Shown here: piece by piece, positions 23,301 through 37,127 of the stretch
Layout: each line of letters begins with the position of its first letter
How positions within the stretch are numbered: position 1 is the first letter of the stretch
From: Diplonema japonicum
Taxonomy: Eukaryota; Protista; Euglenozoa: Diplonemea
Assembly (NCBI GenBank): GCA_964019335.1
Contig: OZ025691.1
Location: 1 to 64,000 of the forward strand
Reading direction: 5' to 3'
DNA: 64,000 bases
Position numbers and translations under genes: made by a program
Notes under the pieces: model-generated
The model's input: only the letters and a program-made list of their open reading frames with translations
Told to the model about the DNA's origin: nothing
Databases searched by the model: none

Positions 23301-24350
23301 CCTCTTTTCTATTTTTCTTTTTTTTTGCCCATGTCCCATATATTTGTTGTGGTTTATTGACCAGGTCCAAGTATACCAGTAGTGGGTCTCAACGGGCTGG
23401 AGGTTTTTCCTTTGTTTTTGATAGGGCGGCCCTCCAGCAGGGGGCTTGTCCTGTACTTTGAGTTGTTTTTCACTCCTGCGGACGGGCACGGGCACCCGGG
23501 GGAAAGAGGCAGAGCTGCTCACCGAATATCAGTACCAGAATTACTGGATTGTCTTAACAACTGCTTTCGCTTGTCCCATTGTTGATACGGATTTACAATG
23601 CGGATTTCCACTGGGACTATCAGGAAAACCCGGAAATTGCTCCCAGATACTTATTTAGTGTCAGCAAGTGTGTGGCAAAGAAATCTTATCATCGCAAAAG
23701 GGTGGCACCCACATCAAGCGTTCCCCGCCGGAGCCGAAGATACCTACCCCTCAGGGTGCACCTTCACGTACCAAGGGTGCACCTTTAATGTGTCTGAAAA
23801 GATGCAAAAGGCACGGAATTGCACTGTGTGCAACAAACTAGAGAAAAAACGCACCCAGGCCATGTTCTCGTGCAGAGATTGCAACGTAGCAATGTGCCCT
23901 GTGCCCTGTTTCGAATTTTTTCACACTAACGACACCTTAAAAAACCACCTGAAAACCTCTTGAAAACCACTTGAAAATAGAAATACGTTTAAATTGGACA
24001 AGTCGCATATCTGCGGCACCTCAGACCTTGTGTTCAAAGAACGGCCATAAGTGGTGAAAAAAAAATAACCAGCCCACCCTGCACGCTGAATAAGCGCTGC
24101 TTGCCGAAACCATGGAACCTCCAGATAGCATGTCCCTTTGCAAGAGTTGTTTCTCTCAAATGCTGCTCTACCACCAAAGTTTGGGCGCGTCTGGGGCTGA
24201 AATGCAGGCCGCTTCGCGCTCCAGAAATGGGGTAGTGAAAATAATAGGTACACACCCTCTAACTCCACCCTCGCCATTTTATTTTGGTATTTGAACGAAA
24301 AGTTCAAAAACGACTTTTTAGACGAAAAATAACGGTCCTTTATGGGTTAA
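22056..24350 (+). mobile_element. Decayed piggyBac element
   Basis: 23598-23963 ends in a piggyBac C-terminal Cys-rich domain (RNCTVC...RT...CRDCNVAMC..PCFEFFHT). Right end GGTCCTTTATGGG-TTAA. Left end uncertain (CCCATTCCGACC). Confidence 0.7.
23161..23360 (+). repeat. Near-exact duplicate of 18721-18920 (3' end and UTR of the 596-aa gene)
   Basis: Direct sequence identity including the homopolymer pattern. Confidence 0.9.
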
Positions 24351-24402
24351 AAAAAATAAAAAAAAAAAAAATAAAAAAAAAGGAAACCAAAAACAAAAAA
24401 AA

Positions 24403-26355
24403 ATGTCGAAGAGACCGACTACTGGAGGGGGCGAGCCCGCTGCGAAGAACGCGGCAACAGACAATCTGGCACTACTGAAGAAGTACACGACCGTGGTGGC
24501 AGGTATTCCCCCCCCCCCCCCCCCCCCCCCGGGCATGCTGGCATGGAAACGCGTTTCCATGCATTTTTTGAAAAAAAAAGGGGGGAATGGAAACGTTTCC
24601 ACGTTTCCTGCCAGCATAGCCCTAGACATAGTCACGATTCTCGCACATGCTAGTGTGCACTTCAGATGTGCATGTGTCAAAAATACCCCCCCTTGACCTT
24701 ATATACTCCTCCCGAACTAACGCGATCAGTGCGTTCACGTCCGCCCCTGTGTGTGATTCGTGGAGGAGGGGCTCCTCTGAGTATCCGACCAGCCCAGAAA
24801 TGTTTGGCACTGGTGGCGTCTGCTTAACGGCAACAGGGTCTTTTCGATGCTTTGCTTCACTCTTCTCGAGCCCTTGTCTCCTTCTCGAATCCGGGCCCCT
24901 TTGCCAGCAGCGTGTCTGGTGTCGGTATCTTCATGCGCGCGAGCTCCACCAATGGGGCGCTGGGAAGGCGTGTTTGCTACTTGGTGGTTGGCACCACGGG
25001 GCAAAGCACTGCCTGTTGAGGTCCTTCGAAGATTTTGACACTCAGGCACCTGGCTTTCCCTGCCAAAAAAAATTCTCGCATGCGAGAATGTGCGAGAATT
25101 TGGTGCGAGTCGTTTCACCACTATGCCTAGGGGGGGTTTCAAATTCGGAAATGCAGAGTAACACTGGAGCCGCTTAAACCATGTAAAACACCCCTTTCTC
25201 GACCAAGAAATCGATTTCCGCCCGGTTCTTTTCACTTTTGGGCACCTACAAGGCATTATTTTGCATTGGTGACCACGGTTTGGTACCTGGCTTGTTGTCT
25301 CCCCTGTAGTTTCTGATTTTCTTCTAAATTTTAGAATCGACCATGGTTTGTTCCACCCTTTGAACGCGGCTCTTTAGGACGCCGCTACCGTTTGAACGGC
25401 AGAGTACTGTCTTACACGTTTTTAAGGACCATGTGACCCCCCTTACCCCTTCTTCCCCCTCCTCATAACAAAACAAACCCCAGACACGGCGGACTTCCAG
25501 CTGATCAAGCAGTACAAACCGCAGGATGCAACCACCAACCCTTCCCTCCTCCTAGCTGCAGCCAACAAGGAGGAGTACAAGACTCTTGTTGAAGATGCCG
25601 TCAAGTACGGGAAATCCAAAGGAAAGAACCCAGCAGACATCCTTGACAAGACCAGCACAAAGCTTGCAGTGAACTTTGGTGTGGAGATCCTCAAGCACGT
25701 GCCCAACAGAGTGTCCACTGAGGTGGACGCCAGGCTTTCTTATGACACGGAAGCATCCATCGAAAAGGCCCGTGAGCTGATCCAGTTGTACAGCGAGGCT
25801 GGTATCTCAAAAGACAGAGTTCTCGTCAAGCTTGCTTCAACATGGGAGGGCATCCAGGCTGGGAAACAGCTTGAGAAGGAAGGCATTCATTGCAACCTGA
25901 CCCTTCTCTTCTCCTTCGCGCAGGCGGTCGCGTGCGCCCAGGCAAACGTTACCCTTATCTCACCATTTGTTGGGAGAATCCTTGACTGGTTCAAGGAGTC
26001 TGACCCGAAAGCCGATTTCACCAACGAAAAGGACCCCGGTGTCATATCTGTATCTAAAATCTACAACTACTACAAGAAGCATGGCTACAAGACCATTGTG
26101 ATGGGTGCTTCCTTCCGTAACATTGAGGAGATCAAGGAGCTGTGTGGATGTGACTACCTCACCATCGGGCCTGCTGTTCTTGAAAAGCTTAGGAATGACA
26201 CGGGTTCGATCACGCAGAAGCTTTCCAAGGAGAATGCCATGAAGATGGACATTGCAAAGCTTCCTGAACTGGAGCAGAAGGACTTCCTGTGGCTGCACAA
26301 TGAGGACAGGATGGGAGTTGAGAAGCTTTCCGATGGTCTGTGGGAAATTTATGGG

Positions 26356-26386
<31 letters not shown>

Positions 26387-26456
26387 AGGTATCCGTAAGT
26401 TCGCGGTCGACTGCGTTAAGCTTGACACAAAGCTAAAGGAGCTTCTTGGGCAGTAG
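24403..26456 (+). CDS. TAL1: Transaldolase (exons 24403-24502, 25484-26335, 26389-26456)
   Basis: Spliced [62 protein letters not shown] junctions restore the frame. Confidence 0.95.
24531..25442. mobile_element. Train of three TE derivatives (B 24531-24622, C 24625-25127, A 25130-25442) inside transaldolase intron 1
   Basis: TIR ends of B and A recognised from the other copies. C has imperfect TIRs GACATAGT/ACTATGCC. Junctions are single TA dinucleotides. Confidence 0.75.
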
Positions 26457-26819
26457 ATGAGAAAAAGATGTTCTGTAAGAGAAAAGAAAAAAAAACCCCC
26501 CCTTGATTATTATTATTATTTTTTTTTTTAAAAGAGAGGGGGAAACACCCTTACATAGTACAATTTTTTTTTTCCAGTTTTTTTTTTTTTTTTATTCTCT
26601 AATTTATTATTTTTATTTTTTTTTTAAATTATCCCCTCCTACTGCTTTCTCTTTCACCGAAACGATAAAGAAAAAAAAAGGGAAGTGGAGAAAAAAGGAG
26701 CAGAAGAGGCCTATCACCCCTCTTTTTTGTTTCTTTCTTTCTTTCTTTCCCCCTTTGTAAAGCTTCTCTTTTTTTTTGTGGTCTCCCATCAAAGAAACCT
26801 TTAAGAAAAAAAAAGAAAG

Positions 26820-26860
<41 letters not shown>

Positions 26861-27131
26861 ATATATAAAATAGCTGATGCAGGGGGAAAAAAACCCTCAA
26901 ACCCTTGATGGCGGAAAAAGAGAAAAAAAAAAAAGAGAATTTATTGAGGTGGTCAATCTAACTCACTACGAGAAACAAAGGAGGGCAGAAGAGGGGGAGG
27001 GGAAAAAGGGGGAAGAAAAAAAAAATCGGCATTAGAATAAAGTGTCCCCCTACATTTTTTTTTTTTTTTTTTTATTATTCTTCTTTCCTCTCGCAAAGAA
27101 AAAAAAAAAAGTCTGGTGGGGGGAAAAAAAA

Positions 27132-27448
27132 ATGTTGAAACAGACGCAAGTCAACCAGGCGACTTGGAGGTACCACTGGAAACCAGACTTCTACGACTGG
27201 CTGACAGACAGGCCAGATCCAAGGGCTAGATCAGTGTGGAGATTTAGGGGGAAAGCACCGAGATCCTGGTTCCGTAATGCATTTATGAACACACAGGGGT
27301 CGGGTTGCCATGGGGTTTACCAGGCTGTGTTAAAATGCTTAGAAAGCTCCGGTCACGCATATCTACCAACTAGCGATTGTGGGCAGGAGCTTGATAGATA
27401 TTACCAGTGCATGCAAGCATCAAAAGGGTATGAGAGAATAAGGAATTT

Positions 27449-27488
<40 letters not shown>

Positions 27489-27814
27489 GGTTTCAAAAAC
27501 ACTGGAAACAAGATGTGATCCCCAGCTACAAGGATTACCTAGCAACGCACGACACCTTTGAGATCAAGCGGACTTCGTGGAAGCAAACGAGAAACCTTTC
27601 GCACTACTGGTACGGGCATCAGTTTGGTGAGCGCGCCCGGTCGGCCAACCCGGACGACCCCCTTCCTATGAAGCAATATCCCTTTTTCAGCGATAACCTC
27701 TACACCCCTGAAGGCTGGGACAAACGGGTCCAGGATGACAACTACCGGTCACTTATCAAAGACTCACAGTACCCTCATACAAAATTTTTCAGAGGACAAG
27801 ACCCTCACGTATGA
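27132..27814 (+). CDS. Twin-CX9C (CHCH) protein, probably mitochondrial (intron 27428-27489)
   Basis: CHGVYQAVLKC...CGQELDRYYQC. The intron joins ORFs 27042 and 27515 in frame. Confidence 0.75.
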
Positions 27815-28164
27815 CAAGAAGAGAAAAAAAAAGAAAAAAAAAAGGAGGGGGGGAAAAAAAAATATACAGCTTGAACACAAACTCGGCTACAAATCCCGTC
27901 TCCCAGACCATACGCCACACGGTGGGCAACCGGGTGGTGTGATAGCACCTCCCATCTAAAAAAAAAAAAAAAAAAAACTTTTTTTTTTGTACCTTATTTT
28001 TTTTTTTTATTCGGTCAGGACAATGGAAAATAAAACAAAACAAAAAAAAAGTGTGTAAACGGTATTTCCTTGACGATAACGAAAAAAAAAGAGGGGGGGT
28101 TTTTTTTTAATCTTCAAAATGTACAACACAGGGCGAGGAAAATAAAAATAAAGAGAGGGAAAAA

Positions 28165-31100
28165 ATGAGAAAAACCATCCGGACATTATGCACACAAGGA
28201 AGCTGGGGTGGGATGGGGGTGGATAGGAGCAAATCGGCGCCAATACAGGGAAATGAATGGGGGGAGGGACGCGGTGCTGAGGCGGCCGCAGGGGATCGCT
28301 CAGTTGAAAGGATAAAATGCCACATTGAAGAAAGCAGAATCCGAATACCCAGACAACACGAGGACGCCGAGAAACAAGCGAACACCCATCAAAAAACAGA
28401 AGAACGAGAACTAAAAACTGCACTCCAAACACCCGGAGATCTGCCACCTTACGAGCCCGACCTACACCCTTCCCCACCTGAAGTGGTCAACATTAACGCT
28501 CTCAACTATATCCAAAAATTCTCTTCACAAACAACCCCAACCACGAAAAAGAAACGCGCCACAACAATAACAGCAAGGTACAAACGGTACAAAACTGCTT
28601 TGAACAATTTCAAAGACAACCGCATCAGAGCAAGGGTCACTAAACTGCAACGAGTAGTCGCCTCTGGCCTGGCAACAGAACATGATTACAACACGGAACT
28701 TAAAAGGCTCAACCTTAACCCTGTCGACTACCCGTTACTCTTCACCCCTTCTCCTTACAGATCGGTCACCGGTGAAGGCACCCTTCGTGACTACATGTCA
28801 AGAATAGGAAGGGCGTCGCATGATGGACTGCTCGACAGCGATCCAGAGTATCTGAAAGTTGAGCTTCTCATAAGTGAAAACCTCGAAGCGAGAACAGAGT
28901 GGATGGAGATACAGGAACAGGTGACCCGTGTGCTGGAAGGGTGTTCTAAGCTGTCTGCTGGGAACTACTCACCTCTTAAAGACCCGCATTATTACGAGCT
29001 TGTTCGCAACATCCATGCCAGGAGGACTTCGTTCTTTGCGGCGTACTCCCTTGACGCGGTGTCTCCCCGTCATGTTGGTCTGCTGAACCATTCGTGCCAT
29101 GGGTTGCTCCACGAAAAATTTTTCTCGGTTCCCTTGTTCTCACCCTCGCCGCTTTCTGCAGCAGACCTCGACCACTGTCTCGCTGTCTGCAGCCAGGGTG
29201 CGTTCAATGCAAAATGTCGCGACACTTTCAAATCGATCATCGAAAAAGAAAACCCGACGGAAAACAACTCGGAAGCAAGGGTGGCCACGACGAGGATCGA
29301 GTGGCTTGAGAAGAAAAAGAACACGCAGGGCTCGACATGGGGGGAGAAGAAAAAAGCGGTATGTTGAAGAGAAATAAATTATGAAGAAAACAAAAACCCC
29401 CCCAGCTTGCTGAGCTTAAGATGTTACAAGAGCAACGTGAAGCGGACAACTCGCCGGATTATCAGGTTAGGGGGAAGAAAAAAAAGAGGGAAAAAAAAAA
29501 AACACCCCAACAGATCGTGTACAGCACGGGGGACATGGGCGTCAAGCCCGACGGGAAGTCGTTCTCGCTGCACCCGTCGAGTAGCATGGAGTACATTCTT
29601 GAGAAGCCTGTCACGGCTTGATCAGGGGGGGTTTTTTTTTCTCCCCCCTCTCTAATTTCAAGTTTTCATGTATCCCACCACAGACCCCCGGGGAGGGGAA
29701 GGGTGTGCTGGTCATGCCACGCATCCTGTGCTATGGGAAGAATGACAAAAAAAATGGAGAAAGGGTAGGGAGTACAGTCGCGTACAAAGTGGCTGGTGTG
29801 TACGGCACTGCAAGGGCAAGGTACAAAGCGGTGCTGTTGCCATTCTCGCCGAAGCCCGACGAGGATCTGGGCCAGGTGGACCTTGTGGTGGATGGTGCCC
29901 TTGACGTCAGCAAGCGTGCGGCAGGCTTTGAAGACCCTTCCTTTCAGAAGGTGATGGAAGCCTTTGTGGATAGAATCCAAAACAGACACAACAACACCCT
30001 TGTGGTGCACGGCCTGCGGGGGACAGGCAAGACACAGATCATTCAGGATATGATCCCGTATATTTTAGAATCAGTTAGAAAACACATAGATACTTCTGGA
30101 AGGGAGGCAAAGTCCCGGCGAGACCAAGTCAGACAACAGCAACACCAGGAGCAGCTTCTGCTCAAAAAAGAGCAAGAGCAACAAGAACAAGTACGGCTTC
30201 AAGCTAAACTCAAATCAGCGGAACTCCGTGCAGTGGCTGCCTACACCGACAGCGTGTTCCCACAGGTGCCTACACCTAAATCGCGGAGCCGTGCAAGCTC
30301 CGCCTCGCTAGAAAGCCCTCGGAGAGGACGGAAGGAGTCCGTCACAGACAAGCAGAAGATGCTGGATGAGATCGATAGGCGTTTCAACACGCTGGAACAG
30401 AAGGGCCTGATCCACACTCCGACACCTCCCATAGACTCCCCAAAGAACAGCGAAAAGCTTAGCCCTGTGCACCCAGCACCCCCGAAGTTGAGCCCACGGG
30501 CACCGTCACGCCCCGCGTGCCAGCGGCAAGTCTCTTTCACGTCGAAGGTGCAGGAGGAAGAATGCAACTTAGAAAGCTTTAAAGGCCAAGCCCGCAACCA
30601 GTCGATGGAGCATGACTTGAGCAGGAGAAGCTCTGTCGAAGCCGTCCCAACAAGGAAACCCGAAGCAGGTGGCAGGTTCGGCCCGTCGCCCACGCTCATC
30701 TTCGACTCCGAGAAGGAGACGCACGTAGTAATGCCGCCGATCGACGACCTTAGCAACACAGTGAGCCAAGCGATGGTTGAGTGCTGGCTGCGCACCACCG
30801 TCACCGACAGGAAGATGGCGCTGCTTGATGTATCGGACGTCGAAGGCGGGTGTAAGCTGGCCATCCACCTCAATGCAAACACTTACGATGAACTGTCGCC
30901 TGGCGTCATCCGTCTTCAGGTGCGCGACGGGCTGCACAAGTCTGTCGAGGGACACGTCCTGTATGACGGGCTTTTCAACGGCGACTGGCACCTTCTGCAG
31001 TGCCATGTGGTCAACGCTCGTGATAACAAGCTGGACATCAGGATCGACGGCATGCAGATGCGGCTCTTCACCAACTCGCAGTCCGACGAGCCCTTCGCCT

Positions 31101-34100
31101 TCACGTCTTGGAACCAGCATGGCGTGCTTGGCGCAGAGAGAACAGGACCCACACCGACCTCGTCACTCACCTCCTTCTTTGACGGTTCCATCGCCGAGTT
31201 CCGTGCCTGGGACATGTCATACGTCCCACGCCGTGCCCTGTCACGCCTGTCCTTGAACGAGGGCAACAACACAGAGGTGAAGGATGCACTCACCTTTGAA
31301 ACAGGCACCGTGTATAACGGCGAATGGGAAGCCGTGCCGTTCCCGCCCACTGCCATCCGTTTGTCGGGATTTAGTGCCATCAACGTGGGCACCCTAGGTG
31401 ACTTCGGTGCGAAAATGACGACCTTCGGCATAGAATTGTGGATGCGCACAACTGAAAAGAATCGCCCAATGTCGCTGCTTAAGGTCACGGATAGTCAGAA
31501 AAAGCACATGGCTCTGGGCATAACCGTGAATCACAATGGGAAGACCGCGCAGTCGAACACGGTAACCTTCACGTTGCGTGATGCTGTGGGGACGGAGTTG
31601 GTGTGCGTGTGGCAGCCGCCTGTTGTCTCGGAGCTGACGGATGGCTTGTGGCACAACATACAATGGAAAGTGTCAGACTCCACCACGAATTCGTGCTTCG
31701 TGAAAGTTGACGGGAAGGTCATGGATGTGAAGTACTTGGCACGGGGTGGTCCTAGTAATTTCCTCCCCTTCAAGGACTACCTTGCTATCGGCTCGCACAA
31801 CAACAGAGGGAGAATCGAAGAATGCTTCGAGGGCATGCTGCGGCATGTTGTCCTCTCCGCAGACGACCATATTGTGGGTGTGTGGGATCTCAATGAAGGC
31901 CCAGGCGCACGACTAGCACTTGACTCCGGAGATCCACTGAGCCAGTCGCAAGACGAAGGGACGCACTCAGGACTCAACCATGGCTTCTACATCATGATAC
32001 ATGCTGCGAACGCCCCGAAACCGCACAAGCACTGGACAGAGTGGATTCGTTGCGAGCTGCCCGATGTGGAAACCACTGCAGGCGCACTGAAGCAGCAGCA
32101 AGACAAGAAAGAACTTGCCAAATGGGCCACCAATACAGTGCGGGTCGCGTGTCTGGCTGTGGAGCCTGTCCCCAAGCCGAACTCGAACGTGTTTATCGAA
32201 AGACTGCGTGACGTACGCCACGATGAAGTGATCACTCTGTGCCCACCCACACCCTCTGCCTTCCGCATGAACGAGCGGTATGGTGACAAGGCATCTCTTT
32301 TTGAAAGGCTCCCCGACACTGCGTGGGATCTGCTTGACACAACTGACCAGGTGCTGCAGTACTTCATGGAGACTATGGAAATAGTCGAGGCGAAGGGCAC
32401 TGCTAAGGGGCATCACATCTGGATCCTCAACATCGGCGATGCTGTCTCCACTTTCGTAGACTTGGCTGGAGTCGCACAGCCACAGTCGGCGGTGTATGAC
32501 TCGCGCACGAACAGATGGTTTTCAGCGACGACCAGCATTGGCACGGCCGCTAAAAGTGCTGCCTGCCTAAACAGAGGCAGCGCCGCTGTCACAGAATGCT
32601 TTACCGAGGTTGGCTCCTACCCTATGCTGTGGTTGCGTAACACAGAGCACCCCATACCCTTCACGAAGTGGGAAGACTCCTATGTCACGAGGATCCTGCG
32701 CACGTACGGCATCGTTGAGACAGACGAGTGGTCTCACATGTACTTCTTGCACGCCACAGCACCTGAAAAGCTGCTATCCTCAGTTGAGTTGTGCTACGGC
32801 AAGTCCACATTAGAAGCTATAGGTGACAGCAGTCAGAAGATGGCCGCGAACAGTCTCCAAAAGCTTGTGATGCGGGCACGTGCAAAGACGCACAGCAGGG
32901 CGCTGAAGCGACAGCTCATAGAGCTTACCGTGAAACGGAAAAAGTCCCAATCCCTCCTGCAAGAGTACCCATCTGCGGGTGTGAAGTTAAAGAAAGTAGC
33001 ACTCATCATTGCAAGCTGGAAGCCTCAAGACACCAAGTTGCTGCCTGCGTGCGAGACAGTTGACAATGCCAACCGAGTCGCGGACGTGATGGGGCGTCTT
33101 GGGTATGAAGTGGTCATGATGCTATCAGGAGACGAGGACAAGAAAATGGTGCCTACTGTACAAAACGTGCTGCTGAAAATACAAGAGGTGTGTGATGATG
33201 ACACGATGCTGATGGTGTATGTGTCAGCACGGAGCGGCGGAGACGATTACCACAAACCACCCCTGATGGTGCCCCCCAAGATGTGGCTGCAAGAAGAGGA
33301 GGAAGAGATACGAGACGAACTCTTAGAAACCGAAGAAGACGACAGGGTAACACTACTCAGCAAAGAGCATCAGGACAGGCTGAAACGCAAGAGCCCACGG
33401 CAAAGCTCTGCCTTGCCGTCTGTAATGAACAGAGAAATGGCACCAAGAACTGCGCGTGCAAAAAGCTCAGGGACGCGTTTAGTAGCTGGGTCAGGGGGAG
33501 CAGGGAAAATGAAACGGCACCAAATTGTGGCAGGTAAAGACAAAAACAAAGACGAGCCTGAGGACATCGTCATTGTGCACGCAAAGGAGCGTGCCCTCGC
33601 CCTGCAGGACGAAGCTATGGCACGTGGCGTGCTTGACGAACTGGAGCTCAAACACCGTAATCAGATTATGGCCGTGCGGCAGGAAGTGCACGCACGCGAG
33701 CGCAACTGTCCCCAAGCAGGCAACTACCTGCTTCTCGACAACACCCCATATGAAGCTTCACCCCTCAACTCCCTCACACTGCAGCAACTTTCCAACGCTG
33801 TCATCCCGCAGTCCATTACAGTGGGCATCCATCGCCTGCTTGTTGTCGACACGTGCGGTTGGAAGTCCCGAGGTGGCTGGTACTCTGTGCAGGCCAGCTC
33901 CGGAGAGCAGTTGCAAGGAGACTACGGCATCGAAGCGCACTGCTCATTCACCCCTTATCTCTTGGAAGGGCTGTGTGGGAGCGCACAGCCGCGAGACGGC
34001 CCCTTAGTACTAGAGGAGGAACGTGCAAAGATCACGCTCGCGGCACTGGTCGAATATCTTGCGCGGACCATTAAGCCCGGCATAGGGATCAAAAGCAACA

Positions 34101-36552
34101 TCTTAAACTGCGAAGGGAAGCTTGTCGGTGATGCGGTTGTGTGTCCCACTATCTTGCGAACGCCAGAGAAGGCTGAGGAGGAGGCGCGAGTGGCGCGGGA
34201 CCCGAAGACAGTGTACCAAACAATGCGGCAGTTCTGGACGACGCTGTCACTGCCGCCATCGTACGACTCATGCAGTGACGAAGAGAAGCTGCAAATGAGG
34301 AACTCGCTTTCCAAGGCAGGGGAAGGACACGTCGAGCATCTGATGACTTATCACTGCCCGTACGTTACTATCGTGTTCGACACGGCACTGGAGAACCTGA
34401 GGGCCAGCACGATCGAGGCCATCAAGAAAGACGCACAGGAAGTGTCCGGCGAGGAGGTGGAGTGCATCATCTCGAGTGCGCCGTTGTGGTCGGACAAAGA
34501 AGAAGGCTTCAGCATGAAGAAGAACGAAACAGCGTGCGTGAGGCTGGTGTTGAAGGGCATTGATGTAGGCGACTTGCGGTGGACCATGCCCGCCACTGTA
34601 AACAGGAGGGAACACGACACGACCTTCAGGTTTGTCCATGCGATGCGAAGGAAGTTTATGAAGGACACAGCCTTGTACGGCTTCGGCAGCACCGGACGTG
34701 CCAACTCACCAAAAGCCCTGGCTATGAGGTACCACTTGTTCATACGCTGGCAGGCTCCTTCTCCTGTTGTCTGCGCCATCGTGCACTGCGGCCGCAGGGG
34801 TGGGCTCCGCAAGTACTACGCAAGGAACTTCCACGTCGACGAGATCGGTGCCTTCGCACCTCAGGAGACAGCCGCCTTCGAGCGCAAGGTCACCTCAGAA
34901 CTGGAAAAACACCGTCTCAGCGTGTCAGAGAAACGCAAGAAGCAACAAGCCGAGAACAAAGCCCTCCGTATGAAGGAAAGGAACCTCAGGGCGACTGCAG
35001 AAGCCACCGAGAGGATCCAGTCCAAGCTGGCGAAGATACGGGAGTCCGAGAAGAACATCGCAGCACCCGACATCAAGATCATATATTCTCTTCAAGACGG
35101 GGGGCTCATGTCGGAGGCATGCAACGTGCTGTTCATGCACACGTCCGTACCGTACCTCACACCAGGACGGCCTGGACTGACACCTAGCATGCACGCACCG
35201 AAGGGTATAAGATATGTGAAGCAGCTGGTGGACTGGGGGCTGTGGGATGTTCTAAAAGCGGCGCTTGAGGCGGGGACAGGGAACGACGAAGGTGAGGACG
35301 ACCCTTCAGCATGTGGGGCAATCTTGAAAGTGGTGTGCGGGAGTGTGGTGCTGTGCAAACAACAGTTCATGGAGCACGGGTTGGTGTCGGCAGTGCTACG
35401 CGTGGTGCAGCGCCACTCGTCCTTCCCAGAGGTGGTCCGGTGGGGGCTAGGGATAGTGATGGAGTGCACGGAGGTGAAGAACACTGGATCCAAGCGTACT
35501 ACAAGGCTGCTCGGGGGGTACGAGACGCTGAACCTCGCGTTGCACTGCTGGACGCTGACGGCGAACCGCAGGGACGCAGCCAGCCTTGCAAGCATCTTGA
35601 CAGCAGCACTGCACTCGATGAGCAAGACAAGCGAAGAGGGAGTCATCTTCAACGCCACGCGCCTCGCCGTCTACACCCTCTTGGCAGCGGGCAACCCTAC
35701 CGCCTTCGCACATAGCGACTTGGACACCGACCAAGCAGGCGCCGTGCAGGTCGTAACGAAAATGGCGTTTGAAATCCTGCTTCTTGCTTTAGAGCTGCAA
35801 CCGGTACTTGTTGAAAGGGAGATCTTCGAGAACCCTGTCCTGGTGGGGAAGTCACCCTTTGATGCCCCTGTTTCGGTATGGCAAATTCGGAAAAAAAAAA
35901 AAAAAACAGCCCCCGCAAATGAGCGGCCCTGGGGTCATGGTGTGCTCGCAGTGTGGTGACAGATACACACGCACTGCAGAGGGTGACTGTGAATCGTCGA
36001 CGCTGGAGTCGAAGAAGCATGCAGGGCCGCCAGCAGATGGGGAGCTGCATCTATTGCCCAACATGGAGGACTACAAGGAAAAGGGCGAACGGGCAGGCAT
36101 ACTGAAAATCATAGAGCAAGGGCTGGCAGGCTCGAACGCAGATCCCAGCACAGTAGCTGTGGGGGGAAAGCTGCTTAATCACGTCTTGCACCCGGTATGC
36201 CTTGAAAACCCTTTTTATCTCATTCAAACAGGACACGAAATTGGGAGCGAAGCTCTTGCAGCACCTCCTACGCGTGAACGGTGCCTGCGTTGTGGCATTC
36301 ATCGGCCTCTGTCTCAGTGACACGTGCCGGGGAGCTTCTGGTGAGCTGCCTGCCAAAGTGCAAGCAGAGTTGGTCAACACCTTGGGCACCTTGATTTCCG
36401 AGTCTTCTCCTGAAGATCTTCAAGCCTCGGAAATTGGCCAGTATTTGAAACCCAAAGCGATTTATATAAAACGGGTTATGCCCACTGCAGGCACACGGGA
36501 GTTCGATCTGTCGACAGTAGATGTCATCCGTCATGCGCTGGACTCTTTGTGA
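28165..36552 (+). CDS. ~2,700-aa multidomain protein: degenerate kinesin motor split by two LamG domains, IQ-like motif, caspase-like domain, ARM-like repeats
   Basis: Introns 29359-29405, 29466-29513, ~29610/29616-29683, 35876-35909 and 36195-36231 link five ORFs in frame. Start could be 28213. Motifs are listed in the findings. Confidence 0.75.
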
Positions 36553-36642
36553 GCGTGTTCTTTTTTTTTTTTTTTTTTTTGGGTCCGAATGTTTGTGCCC
36601 CTCCCCTCCCCTTTCTTTGCGATTGCGATTTTTTTTTCTTGC

Positions 36643-36678
<36 letters not shown>

Positions 36679-37127
36679 CGCCTCATCTCTGAAGTGTGCG
36701 AGTAAGCATGCATGATAGATCGATTTCTGATTCATCCCTTGCAAGGGAGAATAAAAAAAAGTTCGGCTACGCACGCAGCCATCCAGATACCATCCGAGTT
36801 CATCTCCCGCTATTGTTCCTTCTCGCAGTTTTTTTTTTTAAAGAGGGAATAGGGTTTTCTCCCCCCCCCCCCTTTGCTTTCCCGGAACACTTCAGAGATG
36901 GGAAGCGTTAAACTTGTTGATTAGTAAGGGGGGGGGGGGGAGAAAGACAGTTTTATTTACGTTTCTTCTTCCCTACTTATAACACCGCAAAAAAAAATAT
37001 AACCACAGGAGGGAGGGCATCTACCCCCCCCCATTCGAGAAATAAAAAAAAACCTATCTAATTCTGTTTTTAGATTGACTCTCTGAGAAAGGAGAAGAAA
37101 AAAAAAAAGGAGGAAGAAAAAATAGTA

